A DNA stretch of 64,000 nt, taken from positions 96,001-160,000 of the forward strand of contig CAWHCF010000004.1 of the NCBI GenBank assembly GCA_963827655.1, written 5' to 3'. A model generated the notes under the pieces. The model saw only the letters and a program-made list of their open reading frames with translations. It did not search any database and was not told the DNA's origin. This DNA comes from an uncultured Acidobacteriota bacterium (GTDB taxonomy: Bacteria > Acidobacteriota > UBA6911). Position numbers and translations under genes: made by a program. Positions 22,468-32,980 of this stretch are shown here, piece after piece; positions within the stretch are counted from its first letter, which is position 1; every line of letters begins with the position of its first letter.

Positions 22468-23289
22468 ATGCCAATCAAGGCGATCCCTTCAGCTCGACAA
22501 CTGGCGAGCCAAACAGTTGGCGCCCTCGAAGCCGCTGCTGATTCCACCAGGGCCGCGCAAGCGAGATCCTACTTCAAACGGCACGAAAAAACCGAATTCT
22601 ATGGAGTCTCGAGTCCCAAAGCACGCCAGATCGAGAGAAGCCTGTTTCAGATGGTTCGCGGGCATTGGACTATCGGCGATGCCGTATGCTATTGCGACAT
22701 TTTGATCCGAAAGCCGCACATGGAATCGAGGTTCATCGGTCTTCTATTGCTGTCACGGTATCGAAAACGGTTCGATGCTGATCTCTTGAGAACGGTCAAA
22801 TCCTGGATCTCGCGCGGGTACTGTGACAACTGGGCGGTTACTGACGGGATATCAACCCTGATTATAGCCCCGCTGCTTCGGACTTTTCCCGGGCTGATCC
22901 CGAGGACGAAATCATGGATTTCGTCTGAAAACCTGTGGCTGCGCCGGTCGGTCCTGGTCTCTCTGGTTCCTGGCGCGCGGAAAGGGGAGCAGCTGGACGA
23001 GGCTTATGCCGCTGCGGCGTCGCTATTGGGTAGCCGCGATGACCTGATCCACAAGGCGACGGGCTGGCTGCTGCGCGAGGCGGGAAAAACCGACCCCTCC
23101 CGGCTCGAAGCCTTTCTTTTGAACCGCGGGCCCAAGATTCCCAGAACTGCGCTCCGTTACGCCATTGAGAAATTTCCCGCGGCAAAGCGGCGCATGATTC
23201 TGGAGCAAACGCGGACGCCGCTAAGGCTCGCGCCTCGCCGGCGTGGCGGGCGCGCAGCAGAACGTGAACCTGTTTCGGCGCGGACCTGA
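22468..23289 (+). CDS. DNA alkylation repair protein (AlkD-like)
   Basis: DNWAVTD, SENLWLRR, DLIHKATGWLLREAGK, PRTALRYAIEK. Confidence 0.87.
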   Translation: MPIKAIPSARQLASQTVGALEAAADSTRAAQARSYFKRHEKTEFYGVSSPKARQIERSLFQMVRGHWTIGDAVCYCDILIRKPHMESRFIGLLLLSRYRKRFDADLLRTVKSWISRGYCDNWAVTDGISTLIIAPLLRTFPGLIPRTKSWISSENLWLRRSVLVSLVPGARKGEQLDEAYAAAASLLGSRDDLIHKATGWLLREAGKTDPSRLEAFLLNRGPKIPRTALRYAIEKFPAAKRRMILEQTRTPLRLAPRRRGGRAAEREPVSART

Positions 23290-23301
23290 AATGCGAAGAG
23301 G

Positions 23302-24957
23302 ATGGGAGGCATGATCAATAGACCGGTGCTGCTCACTATTCTTTCCGTGCTTTCTCTCTCGTTCCAGCACTCCGACAGGGCACCCGAGATCGATTCCATT
23401 AGAAAAGAGGAAATGAGGCCGGATCTATTTTTTCTCGCCGGAGATGACATGCAGGGGCGGCTTACCAATACCCCGTCAAACAGTCTCGCAGGGGAATTCA
23501 TCAAGTCGCGGTTTGAACGGATGGGTCTCAAACCCGCCGGGTCGCAAGGATCGTTTTTTCAGCGGTACAACCTGATGAGTTCGACCCTTGGTGATGAAAA
23601 TGTTCTGCAAGTTACCGGCGGAGACAATGCGACTCTTCGGTTGAAGTCGGGGCAGGACTATTATCCGCTCTACTTCAGCGCCAGTGGCCGGGCTCGCGGC
23701 AAGCTCGTTTTCACGGGATTCGGAATCACTGCGCCGGAACTCTCTTACGACGACTACCGGACCGAGACGCTAGGAGGAAACATCGTTCTCGCGCTCGACC
23801 ATGAGCCGGGAGAGCGCGACCCGAACAGCCCGTTTGACGGTGTGGTCTCCGCAGAGGCAGGCGGCGCGCTGCGCAAGACACTGTTTGCCCAGGAAAAAGG
23901 CGCAGCCGGCATCCTGTTTGTCCGGGACATTCACAATCATCCGGAGCCGGACAATTTTGAAGCGGCTGCGAAAAGCTACTGGCCCGAACAACCCTTTCGC
24001 ATTCCGCGGGTCACGCTGGCTGATTGGGTGGAGCAGGTCAGGATTCCGGCCGTTCAGATTTCACCGGCGCTCGCGTCCATCTTGGTTCGAGGCGCCGGCC
24101 GCTCGCTCGAAGCGCTTTCACGCGCGGCGGAGAGCTCCGGCGGCATCCAGCCCGTGCCTCTGCCAACACACCAGGTGGAGCTGCTCACAACCGTAAACCG
24201 TCACGTAATTCCCGATCGCAACGTCGTCGGATTGATTGAGGGTTCGGACGCGCGGCTCAAGGAGGAGGCCGTCATCATTTGCGCGCACTATGATCATAAC
24301 GGCGCGGAAGGAGACCGCATCTATAACGGAGCCGACGACGATGGTTCGGGGATCATCGGACTGATTGAAATCGCTGAAGCGTACTCCAGGGCTGTGCAGG
24401 GCGGGCAGCGACCCCGCCGCTCTGTTCTCTTTGCGGCCTGGAACTCCGAGGAACGCGGCCTGCTCGGCGCCTGGGCTTATACCGAGAATCCTTTCGTTCC
24501 TCTGGACAAGACCATCGCCGTCTTGAACATGGACATGATCGGACGCAACGAAGAGGTGCCAGAGGGCGGAGGTCCGCGCTTCCGAGGGCTCGACCTTCAA
24601 ACCTCGGAATCGAACAAGAACGCCGTTAATATCATCGGGACCACGCGGAGCAAGGAGATGAAATCGGAAGTGGAACGAGCCAATCACGGTATCGGATTGG
24701 ATTTGAGACTGCGGTACGACAACAACATCTCGAATCTAATGCGCCGCAGCGATCACTGGCCTTTTCTCCAGCGTGGCGTCCCGGCTATCTGGTTTCACAC
24801 CGGATTGCACCCCGACTATCACACGGTTTATGACCGGCCCGAGAAGATCAATTACACAAAGATGGAGAAGGTCGCGCGCCTGGTTTATGAAATGAGCTGG
24901 AACCTCGCCCAGTCGGCTTCGCGACCGAGACTCAATCAACCGGCCAGGAATCCATAA
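23302..24957 (+). CDS. M28 family aminopeptidase with PA domain
   Basis: AHYDH, NGADDDGSG, SEERGLLG, NMDMIGR, RSDH, YH. Confidence 0.9.
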   Translation: MGGMINRPVLLTILSVLSLSFQHSDRAPEIDSIRKEEMRPDLFFLAGDDMQGRLTNTPSNSLAGEFIKSRFERMGLKPAGSQGSFFQRYNLMSSTLGDENVLQVTGGDNATLRLKSGQDYYPLYFSASGRARGKLVFTGFGITAPELSYDDYRTETLGGNIVLALDHEPGERDPNSPFDGVVSAEAGGALRKTLFAQEKGAAGILFVRDIHNHPEPDNFEAAAKSYWPEQPFRIPRVTLADWVEQVRIPAVQISPALASILVRGAGRSLEALSRAAESSGGIQPVPLPTHQVELLTTVNRHVIPDRNVVGLIEGSDARLKEEAVIICAHYDHNGAEGDRIYNGADDDGSGIIGLIEIAEAYSRAVQGGQRPRRSVLFAAWNSEERGLLGAWAYTENPFVPLDKTIAVLNMDMIGRNEEVPEGGGPRFRGLDLQTSESNKNAVNIIGTTRSKEMKSEVERANHGIGLDLRLRYDNNISNLMRRSDHWPFLQRGVPAIWFHTGLHPDYHTVYDRPEKINYTKMEKVARLVYEMSWNLAQSASRPRLNQPARNP

Positions 24958-25201
24958 GGCATTTGGGTTTTGGCGGCCAGAAAATGAGTCACCGTGATAA
25001 CGACCCGAACTAAGTCGTGTTCACTGGACGGTGCGGGCAAGAAACAGGAAATAGGCGATGTTTCACTCGCGTGCTTGCAGCCAGTTGAACTGGAGATGGC
25101 GCCGAGAGGGTTGCGCGGGATGTACAGGTTAACTGCCGCTGATGCACGGTAGTCAGGCAGACTTCTGTTGCCGGATGCCATGACTACGATATGCTTGGCC
25201 T

Positions 25202-25444
25202 GTGGCAGAATATCGGTTTACAGCGTACTTCGAGAACGAAGTTCTCCGGAAGCGCCCATACCTGAAGAAGGAATGGTGCATGAGAGCGCTTGAGTACCCA
25301 ATTCGCTCCGAGCCACAGGAAAAGAATCGATACCGCTTCTGGGTGGAAATTCCGGAACTTGAAGGGCGCTTTTTGAGAGTCATTACGCTTGAAGACAAGG
25401 TGACGATCCACAACGCGTTCCTCGATCGGCGGTTCAAACCATGA
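25202..25444 (+). CDS. small putative type II toxin (RelE/BrnT-like, DUF4258-like)
   Basis: 80 aa; RYRFW..I.EL.GRFLRVITLED..TIHNAFLDR; ATGA overlap with a DUF2283 gene. Confidence 0.65.
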   Translation: MAEYRFTAYFENEVLRKRPYLKKEWCMRALEYPIRSEPQEKNRYRFWVEIPELEGRFLRVITLEDKVTIHNAFLDRRFKP

Positions 25445-25659
25445 AATTGAATTACTATCCCGAAACGGATTCGCTGTACATCGACCTATCGGAACAGACC
25501 AGCGTCGAAAGCCGCGAGATTTCCGAAGGTGTGGTTCTTGACTACGACGCCCAAGGAAACCTGGTCGGAATCGACATCGATAATGCGAGCACCAAGGTCG
25601 AGATCCACAAGCTGACCGTCAGCAAGCTTCCGGCCTCGGTGGAGACCATTGCCGACTAA
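25441..25659 (+). CDS. DUF2283 domain putative antitoxin
   Basis: MKLNYYPETDSLYIDL...VVLDYDAQGNLVGIDI. Confidence 0.85.
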   Translation: MKLNYYPETDSLYIDLSEQTSVESREISEGVVLDYDAQGNLVGIDIDNASTKVEIHKLTVSKLPASVETIAD

Positions 25660-25697
25660 CATCGCGCTCGAGCCGGACGCACGACCGCGTTAAGGGT

Positions 25698-25780
25698 CCG
25701 ACATACCTGGCAAACCACGCCTCGAGACGCTTGCGCAGTTCCATGGCGCTCCCCCTGCGCAGCGGATCGTCTGCGAGATT
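25698..25780 (-). pseudogene. C-terminal remnant of a sulfatase paralogue
   Basis: Reads [27 protein letters not shown]; DNA closely matches 29991-30072 (aaccacgcctcgagacgcttgcgcagttcca shared). Confidence 0.75.
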
Positions 25781-26043
25781 ACTCGTAAAGCTAAAAAATC
25801 AAGGGGCCAAGCGGTGCCTCGCACCGATTACTTGGATGACTGACTGGGAGTTACGGAGAGCTCAAAGTTTAGTTTGCCTTGCCGCAGCTTGAAGCTGAAC
25901 CCCGAACTGAAGTTTGGAGTTTGGAGTTCATGCGCTAGCTTGCATACTGATAGGGTGCGCAAGGCTGAACCCTAAACAGTTTTCATGTAATTTAGGAGGC
26001 GGGTCGCAAGGTTGCTTGCAATTTATTTGAGGAGTAATCGATC

Positions 26044-27384
26044 ATGAAACGTTCTTGGTTAACTTTGTTCTTCCTGGGTTTCGTTTCGGTTGCGATCGGG
26101 GCGGAACCCAAAGACTTGAACTGGTCGCAGTGGCGCGGCTCCGACGGCACCGGGGTTTCCGCCGAAACCAATTTGCCGGCGAATTGGCAGCCGGACAAAG
26201 ACATCAAATGGAAAACGGCGATCACGGGACGCGGCCACTCCTCGCCGATCGTCTGGGGCCGGCGCATCTTCTTGACCACTGAGATCGAAGGGGATGTCGT
26301 GCCGGGCGTGAAAGCTGTGCCTCACACGATGGGAGGCCAGCCATTCAAGCATCCCGACAGCGTCGGCGCTGACCGGAAGCACACCTTCAAGGTGTTATGC
26401 CTGGACCGTGATTCGGGCAAACTCCTGTGGGAACAGACGGCCTACGAAGGAACGGTCTTTGATGATCGGCATCGTAAGGGGAGCTATGCCGCGCCGACTC
26501 CGGCAACCGATGGCACGTTCGTGTTTGCCTGGTTTGGCGCGGAGGGTGACGGACTCTATTGCTATGACTTCAATGGCAAGTTGATCTGGAAAACACCGGT
26601 CGGAAAGATTGCGTCGGTCGGAATGGGGCCCGGCAGCTCTCCCGTGGCATTCGAGGGCATGGTGATACTCCAATGCGACGAGGACAACGGCGAGAAGTCA
26701 TTCATGGTCGCAATTGAGGCCAAAACCGGTAAGGAAATCTGGCGCACGGCTCGCAAGGTGCAGGTCAGCTGGTCTACTCCGATTATCGTCCGCACGCCGC
26801 AGCGCGTGGAACTCATTGCCAGCGGGGCGGAGTTCGTGATCGCCTATGACCCGAAGAACGGCAAAGAGCTGTGGAGGACAAAAGGGCATGAAGATACCGG
26901 TGTGCCGACTCCGGTCGCCGGACACGGAATGGCCTTTATCGTCGCGGGCTATCCCCAAAAACGAACGATGGCGATTAAACTTGGCGGCTCCGGCGACTTG
27001 ACCGGCAGTTCGAGTATTGTCTGGAAGTATGAGAAGGGATCGGCCTATGTGCCGTCGCCGATCCTCTATGGCGATCATCTTTACCTGCTCACGGATCGCG
27101 GCATTCTGACTTGCCTCGACGCCAAAACCGGCAGCGTCCTATACGAAGGCGGGCGCATTCCCGTCCCGGCGACTTTCACCGCTTCACCGGTAGCGTTTGA
27201 TGGCAAGATTCTGTTGACGAGCGAAGACGGCGATACATTTGTTATCCGAGCCGGGCCCAAGTATGAAGTGATTTCAACCAATTCAGTGGGCGAGCCCGTC
27301 TATGCTTCTCCCGCCGTGTCTGACGGCATGATTTTCATCCGGGGCGAAAAGAATCTTTTTTGCATCAGTGCGAAGAAAGGCTGA
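26044..27384 (+). CDS. secreted PQQ-like beta-propeller protein
   Basis: Signal peptide, NWSQWRG, GHSSPIVWG, repeated TGKE.W blades. Confidence 0.87.
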   Translation: MKRSWLTLFFLGFVSVAIGAEPKDLNWSQWRGSDGTGVSAETNLPANWQPDKDIKWKTAITGRGHSSPIVWGRRIFLTTEIEGDVVPGVKAVPHTMGGQPFKHPDSVGADRKHTFKVLCLDRDSGKLLWEQTAYEGTVFDDRHRKGSYAAPTPATDGTFVFAWFGAEGDGLYCYDFNGKLIWKTPVGKIASVGMGPGSSPVAFEGMVILQCDEDNGEKSFMVAIEAKTGKEIWRTARKVQVSWSTPIIVRTPQRVELIASGAEFVIAYDPKNGKELWRTKGHEDTGVPTPVAGHGMAFIVAGYPQKRTMAIKLGGSGDLTGSSSIVWKYEKGSAYVPSPILYGDHLYLLTDRGILTCLDAKTGSVLYEGGRIPVPATFTASPVAFDGKILLTSEDGDTFVIRAGPKYEVISTNSVGEPVYASPAVSDGMIFIRGEKNLFCISAKKG

Positions 27385-27390
27385 GTTTTT

Positions 27391-27891
27391 ATGAGGCGCT
27401 CCACAAGCATGGTCTCTGTTGTTTTGATGCTCGGTTCTCTTGCGCCGGGTCTTGCGAGTGCGCGGCTCAACCTCAGCGGCACGTGGCAGCTGGATCAAAA
27501 CCGAAGCTTCAGTAATCCGGCGGGACTCGACCAGACGATGACCATCGTTCACAACGGCGATGAAGTGACCCTGGACGCTAAAATCACGGTTCAGGGGCGC
27601 GAGACACAGGTGAATGAAAAATGGCTGCTGGATGGCAAAGAACGCGAGTTCACACCACCCGGAGCGCCTCCCGGCTCCACGGGCAAACGCAAGGCATCGA
27701 GGCTGCCGGACGATAAAGGAATTCTGGTCGAAGACGCCTCGGTGGCAAACACACCCAAGGGGGAGGTCAATCAGCGAACCACGCGCAAATACACCCTCTC
27801 GGCCGATGGCAATACCTTGATCGTGGATTACTTCATCGATCGCGGTGAGCAGTCGTTCGAATCGAAGCGCGTATTTGCCAGGAAGCCTTAG
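27391..27891 (+). CDS. secreted hypothetical protein (lipocalin-like beta-barrel)
   Basis: Signal peptide, NLSGTWQLD...S motif, LSADGNTL. Confidence 0.65.
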   Translation: MRRSTSMVSVVLMLGSLAPGLASARLNLSGTWQLDQNRSFSNPAGLDQTMTIVHNGDEVTLDAKITVQGRETQVNEKWLLDGKEREFTPPGAPPGSTGKRKASRLPDDKGILVEDASVANTPKGEVNQRTTRKYTLSADGNTLIVDYFIDRGEQSFESKRVFARKP

Positions 27892-28041
27892 GGTTCGCGC
27901 AGAAATAAGTTCGCATTCTGCTGCAGGCCCCCAGGCCCGCTGGCGGGGCGCGATCCTCAGCGTGCTTGGCTAACAGAAAACCGGTTCATAATTAAACACC
28001 GACGCTCGCGCCAGAATGTGAAGTTATTTCTGCGCGAGCCC
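27891..28041. mobile_element. 151-bp MITE-like element with TTA duplication
   Basis: TTA|gggttcgcgcagaaataa ... ttatttctgcgcgagccc|TTA. Confidence 0.65.
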
Positions 28042-28069
28042 TTAGGGCGATAATTTCCCCACTAACGTT

Positions 28070-29854
28070 ATGCGAAAAACTCTGGTTGCTGCTTGTCTGA
28101 TGTCAGGGCTTTTGTGGGGCCAGGAACCTGCCGACCGGCCGTTCTGGCGGACCGTCGTGATGGGAACTCATGGCATGGTGGCCGCCGAGCATCCCTTGGA
28201 GGCGCTGGCTGGATTTGAGGTGCTGCGCGGCGGCGGCAATGCAATCGACGCAGCGGTGGCGACGTTCTATATGACCGGCGTGGTCGAGCAGCATCAGGCC
28301 GGCATCGGCGGCGACGCGGTCATCCTGGCATACATCGCTAAAGAAAAGCGGCTGGCGTTTATCAACGGCACGGGACCTGCTCCGGCGCTGGCCACGCGCG
28401 AGTTCTATCAGAAGCTGGGCGGAATCCCGGATGCAGGGCCGCACTCGACCCTGGTTCCGGGGGCCGTTGCCGGCTTCGATCTCGTCCTGAAGAAATACGG
28501 CACCCGAGATTACCGGACGCTCCTGGCGCCTGCAATCGAGGCGGCCGCGAAAGGCCATCCGATAAGTTTCTGGGGGGCCTCGATGCATGCGGGAGTGGTC
28601 GAGAAGCTTTCGCCCTATCCGAGTTCGCTGAAAGCGCTTCTCAAGAATGGCAAGCCATTCGATCCCGGCGATCTTTTTGTACAACCAGACCTGGCGCGCA
28701 CTCTGGGGACGATCGCAAGCGAGGGGGCGGAGAGTTTCTATCGCGGCTCCATTGCTCGCCTTACTGCGGGTTTTTATGAGAAAAAGGGTGGGCTGGTGCG
28801 ATTCGACGATCTCGCCGGGGTTCGGGCCGAAGAAGTGGAACCGGTGAGCACTGCCTATCGAGAGTACCAGGTCTATCAGTGCGCGCCCAATTCTCAGGGG
28901 ATTGTCCTGCTGATGGCGCTCAACATTCTGGAGGAGGCGGACCTGCGCCGGCTTGGCCACAATTCGGCCGAGTATCTGCATACGATCACGGAGGCGTTGA
29001 AACTGGCATTCGCTGACCGCGACCAGTACATTGCTGATCCTCGCTTCGCCAAGATGCCGGTTCGAGAGTTGCTTTCAAAATCTTATGCAGCCGAGCGCCG
29101 GAAGCTGATTCGTCCTGATCGCGCGCTGCGCGGGGCGCCGCCGCCTGGGGACCCGAGGGCGGTGAAAGGGGTGCTGGCGGGACGCGAGGTTCTCTATGAG
29201 GACGGCCCTCAACCGGTAGGGTCAGCGCCTAGCCGCGGGGACGGGCAAGGTGAGACCTCGTCGTTTTCCATCGCGGACCGCTTCGGAAATGTGATTTCCG
29301 TTACTCACAGCGTGAACGGCACGTTCGGCAGCGGCATGGTCGTCGAGGGCGGCGGGTTTGTTCTTAACAACCGCATGCCCTACTTCAGCCTCGATCCGAA
29401 CGACGTAAACGTTCTGTTGCCCGGCAAGCGACCGCGCCACACGATCAATCCTGCGATTGCGCTCAAGAACGGCAGGCCGTTTCTCGCGTGGAACACGCCG
29501 GGTGGCGATAACCAGCCGCAAGCCATGTTGCAGGCCTTTCTCAACGTTGTCGAGTTCGGAATGAACGTACAGCAGGCCGTCGAGTCGGCGACGGTCACGA
29601 CAAATTCTCATCGGGCCTCTATGTATCCGCAGAAGGCGGGAGAGACACTGTCCATGCCAAAGATCCTCGCCGATCAGGTAGGCGCGGGCCTGGCATCCAA
29701 GGGTCACCGCTTGCAGATAGCGGCGCGGCAACAGCCCTATCGACAGCAGGTCTCCGGAGCCGGCGCCGTCAAGATGGTCCTGATCGATCCTCAGTCCGGC
29801 GTGCTTTACGGAGGCGTGAGCCCGTCGAAAGACAACTACGTCATGGGCTGGTAG
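28070..29854 (+). CDS. gamma-glutamyltransferase family protein
   Basis: GGNAIDAAVA, GIGGD, VPGAVAG, catalytic ETSSFS, LNNR, PGKRPRHT, PGGDNQPQ. Confidence 0.92.
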   Translation: MRKTLVAACLMSGLLWGQEPADRPFWRTVVMGTHGMVAAEHPLEALAGFEVLRGGGNAIDAAVATFYMTGVVEQHQAGIGGDAVILAYIAKEKRLAFINGTGPAPALATREFYQKLGGIPDAGPHSTLVPGAVAGFDLVLKKYGTRDYRTLLAPAIEAAAKGHPISFWGASMHAGVVEKLSPYPSSLKALLKNGKPFDPGDLFVQPDLARTLGTIASEGAESFYRGSIARLTAGFYEKKGGLVRFDDLAGVRAEEVEPVSTAYREYQVYQCAPNSQGIVLLMALNILEEADLRRLGHNSAEYLHTITEALKLAFADRDQYIADPRFAKMPVRELLSKSYAAERRKLIRPDRALRGAPPPGDPRAVKGVLAGREVLYEDGPQPVGSAPSRGDGQGETSSFSIADRFGNVISVTHSVNGTFGSGMVVEGGGFVLNNRMPYFSLDPNDVNVLLPGKRPRHTINPAIALKNGRPFLAWNTPGGDNQPQAMLQAFLNVVEFGMNVQQAVESATVTTNSHRASMYPQKAGETLSMPKILADQVGAGLASKGHRLQIAARQQPYRQQVSGAGAVKMVLIDPQSGVLYGGVSPSKDNYVMGW

Positions 29855-29861
29855 AAACAAA

Positions 29862-29896
29862 TACCACCAGGACACGAAGGCACGAAGAAACACTAA
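29862..29896. repeat. dispersed 9-nt-period repeat
   Basis: accaccaggacacgaaggcacgaagaaacactaa. Confidence 0.65.
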
Positions 29897-29936
29897 GGGC
29901 CTGCAGCAGAATGCGAACTTATTTCTGCGCGAACCC
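29897..29936. repeat. 40-bp exact reverse complement of 27891-27930
   Basis: gggcctgcagcagaatgcgaacttatttctgcgcgaaccc. Confidence 0.85.
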
Positions 29937-29946
29937 GAAGGGACCG

Positions 29947-31339
29947 TTACTTGCCGGCAACGACGGGACCCACCGGGTCGGCTGCAGGTTCGACATACCT
30001 CGCGAACCACGCCTCGAGACGCTTGCGCAGTTCCAAGGCGCGTCCCTGCACCGCGGAAGCGTTCGCAAGATTTGCTTTTTCGCCAGGATCCTTTCTCAGA
30101 TCATAGAGCTCGTGGGGGCCGGCGGGATAACGATGGACATACTTCCAGTCCTCCGTGCGCACCATCCGGACCTTGCCATATTCGCCATAGACTTCCCGCT
30201 TCCACGAAACCTGTTTGCCGGCTAACAGAGGGGCATAGCTCTGACCCGGATGGTTCCGCTGCCGGGGAAGCGGCAGGATGAGGTAGTCGAGCAGCGTCGG
30301 AAGAAAATCGTAAGCGCTGACCATGGCATCAATCTGCTGTTTCGCGCGCAGGCGCGCAGGATGACTGAATATCAAGGGGACGAGCAGGGAAGTGTCGTAC
30401 ATGTTGCGCGGCGTCGACGCGTTCCCTTTTCCGACCAGACCGTGATGGCCGAAATTGAAACCGTGATCGCTGGTGAACACGATCAGCGTGTCCTGGCGCA
30501 GCGAAAGATCGTCCAATCGCTCGAGGATTCGGCCGATGTTCTGGTCCATTGCAGTAATCGATGCGGCGTACTGCGCCATGCTTTCTCGGTTTCCGAGATG
30601 ATCCTGAAGGGCGCTGGCCCATGGATGTCTGGGCTCGACCGGGAAAGATGCGAAAAGACCGGATCTATAGTGATCGACCCATTGCGGCGGATGCCCGGTC
30701 CATGGCGTGTGCGGGGCGGTGTAATGGACGCTCAGGTAAAAGGGTCGGGCGCGGTTGGTTTCGATGAACTGGAGCGCCTTGTCCGTGATCACGTCGGTGA
30801 GGTATCCCTCACTCGGAATCTCCCGGTCTCCATCGATCATCGGATGATTGCTGTACGTGCCGCCACCGCGCGGGTGGACAAACCAGGAGGAGAACCCCTG
30901 CTGCTTCCTGAGGCTGTCTCCCATGTGCCACTTGCCGCTGAATCCGCAGGCGTAGCCATTCTGCGCCAGAATCTGGGAGTAACCGATTTCATCCCTTAAG
31001 AACTCCTTTGCCGCCGGGCCGGTATTTTCCTTATCGATCCAGTCGTGGATCCCGTGCTGCGAAGGGATTCTGCCGGTGAGAAAGGTTGCCCGGCTGGGCG
31101 AACAGACCGGCGTGGCGCAGAAAGCCCGTGTGAACCTCACGCCCGTCTTCTGCCAGTCGATCGAGATTCGGCGTCCGGATCTCCTTGTTTCCATAGCAGC
31201 CCAGAGTCCACTGTCCCTGATCATCCGACATGATGAAGATCACGTTGGGAGGACGCTGCTGCGCGACCTGAGAATAACCAAGGACAGCGAACGACATGGA
31301 AGCGAGCAGGATCGTTAGCGTGGGCATAATCTCAGCCAA
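29947..31339 (-). CDS. secreted sulfatase (frameshift near 31150)
   Basis: [12 protein letters not shown] and RTPNLDRLA in one frame; [19 protein letters not shown] and ELYDL.KDPGE in the next. Confidence 0.88.
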
Positions 31340-31519
31340 GTCGACTCAATCAGTCAGCTTCCCATCAATAGGGAACTTTGTCGAAGTGGTCTTGAGTATA
31401 TACCAAGCTCGGCGTCTTTGGGTCTTGGCGGTTTGCCTCCGCGGGCCTAAGGATCGTCAGACGCCCGAACGTGCCGTGACGAACGTGTTGGTTTGACTTC
31501 GCTAAGCGCCTTAGCCCAG

Positions 31520-32942
31520 TCACGCCCTCTGGAAGGCTCGGGCGCGAAAGAGGAAATCGACGATATTTCCCTCGTGCGGTTGCAGCCAGTTGAGCTGGAT
31601 CGTCGGGATAGGGCCGAGGTTGAGGCGATCGATGTGCACTGCGTCGATCAAGGCGCGGCGAAGCTCCGGGTTTTCCGTGATCGCCGTGCAGACGAGCGTG
31701 GAACCGATGGCCTCGAGCATCTTCGACTCAGGACAGTTCACCACTGTCACGAACGGGAACATGTACTCTTTCTTCGCAATGGCCGCCTCAGGCGAGTCGC
31801 AGTGGACTACGGTTGGCAGCAGGTAATCGCAGCGCTCCATCTTTACCAGCCGTCCGGCGCCGTTACGATGTTTGGCCGTCAAGTCCGTTACCCCTGGGGC
31901 TTCGAGGTCGCTGTCGATAGCTTTTGAGATGGCCTCCGCCGTACCGGGGACGGTAAAGGCCGCGAGCCCGGCCTGCGGATTCTCGGGCGGCAGGGGTTGA
32001 ACCGCTGCGAGCCGCTTTGCCAGCGCGTCGGCTATTTCGCGGCTATGCCTGCTGACCCAGACTCCCGAACAGCTGATGCAGCTTCGTCCGCTGTTGGCAT
32101 ACACGCTGTCAAAAATCAAATCGAAGTATTTCTCCCAATCGTCGACGCGATCGTCTCCCAGAATGACCTTGGAGAAACCTGGCCCGTGAGCCTGCACCCT
32201 GGGATTGCCCCGGTAGCGGTCGACGGTGGGGGTGCCTCCAAAAATCAGGTTGCGTTCGCAGGTGTCGAGCACGGCTGCACCCACGTCTCCTTCCCCGGGA
32301 TAAACGGAGATCGCCTCGCGGGGAATCCCGGCCTCAAAGAAAGCCGCGGCCATGCGATAGGGGGTCCAGGGCTCCTGGGGTCCGGGCTTAAGGACCAGCC
32401 CGATTTGAAGCGGGATGATGGGCAGCCAGAGAGTGTGCACTCCGGGCGAATTGGACGGCAGGACCAATCCCAGGATCGGGCTCTGGCACTGGTAGCTGAT
32501 CGGCACACCTCTCTCTTCGCCGTAACCCTGAGTCAGGACGTTGAGATCCAACCCTCGGGTCAGGGAGTTCAAGATGTTCTTCATCTGGGAAAGGACGAAG
32601 TGATTCTTCTTCATATTGGCCCGGCACATGTGCTCGGGCAGACCCGTGGATGCGGACTGAGCCCGCACAAACTCATCGGGCGTTTGAGTGCCATCGCCCA
32701 ACGGGAGTTCGGCGTCCATATAGAGTTCGCCTGCCTTTTTGACCTTCTGGATGAGGTCATCCATCGGGATAGCGCGGAGCGCGCTCCGAGCCCTGATCGG
32801 CCTTTCGCATGTCTCGTTGGATCAAGCCGCCGTTCGCGCGGCTCACTTTAGCGATCGGTTCGCCGGTCGCGAAATGGACTACCTGATCGATGTCCATGCT
32901 GGTGTAGGGTTGGCCCCACCGTAATACCGGAATGTTTAACAT
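31520..32942 (-). CDS. aldehyde dehydrogenase-fold reductase, GriD/EhpG-like (frameshift near 32790)
   Basis: LPSNSPG, LKP, NSGRSCISCS catalytic Cys, EYMFP; AHGPGFSK in place of LELGGK. Confidence 0.8.
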
Positions 32943-32980
32943 GGTTTAATTCCTAGAGCCTGTGATGCGAAAATCCGCAA

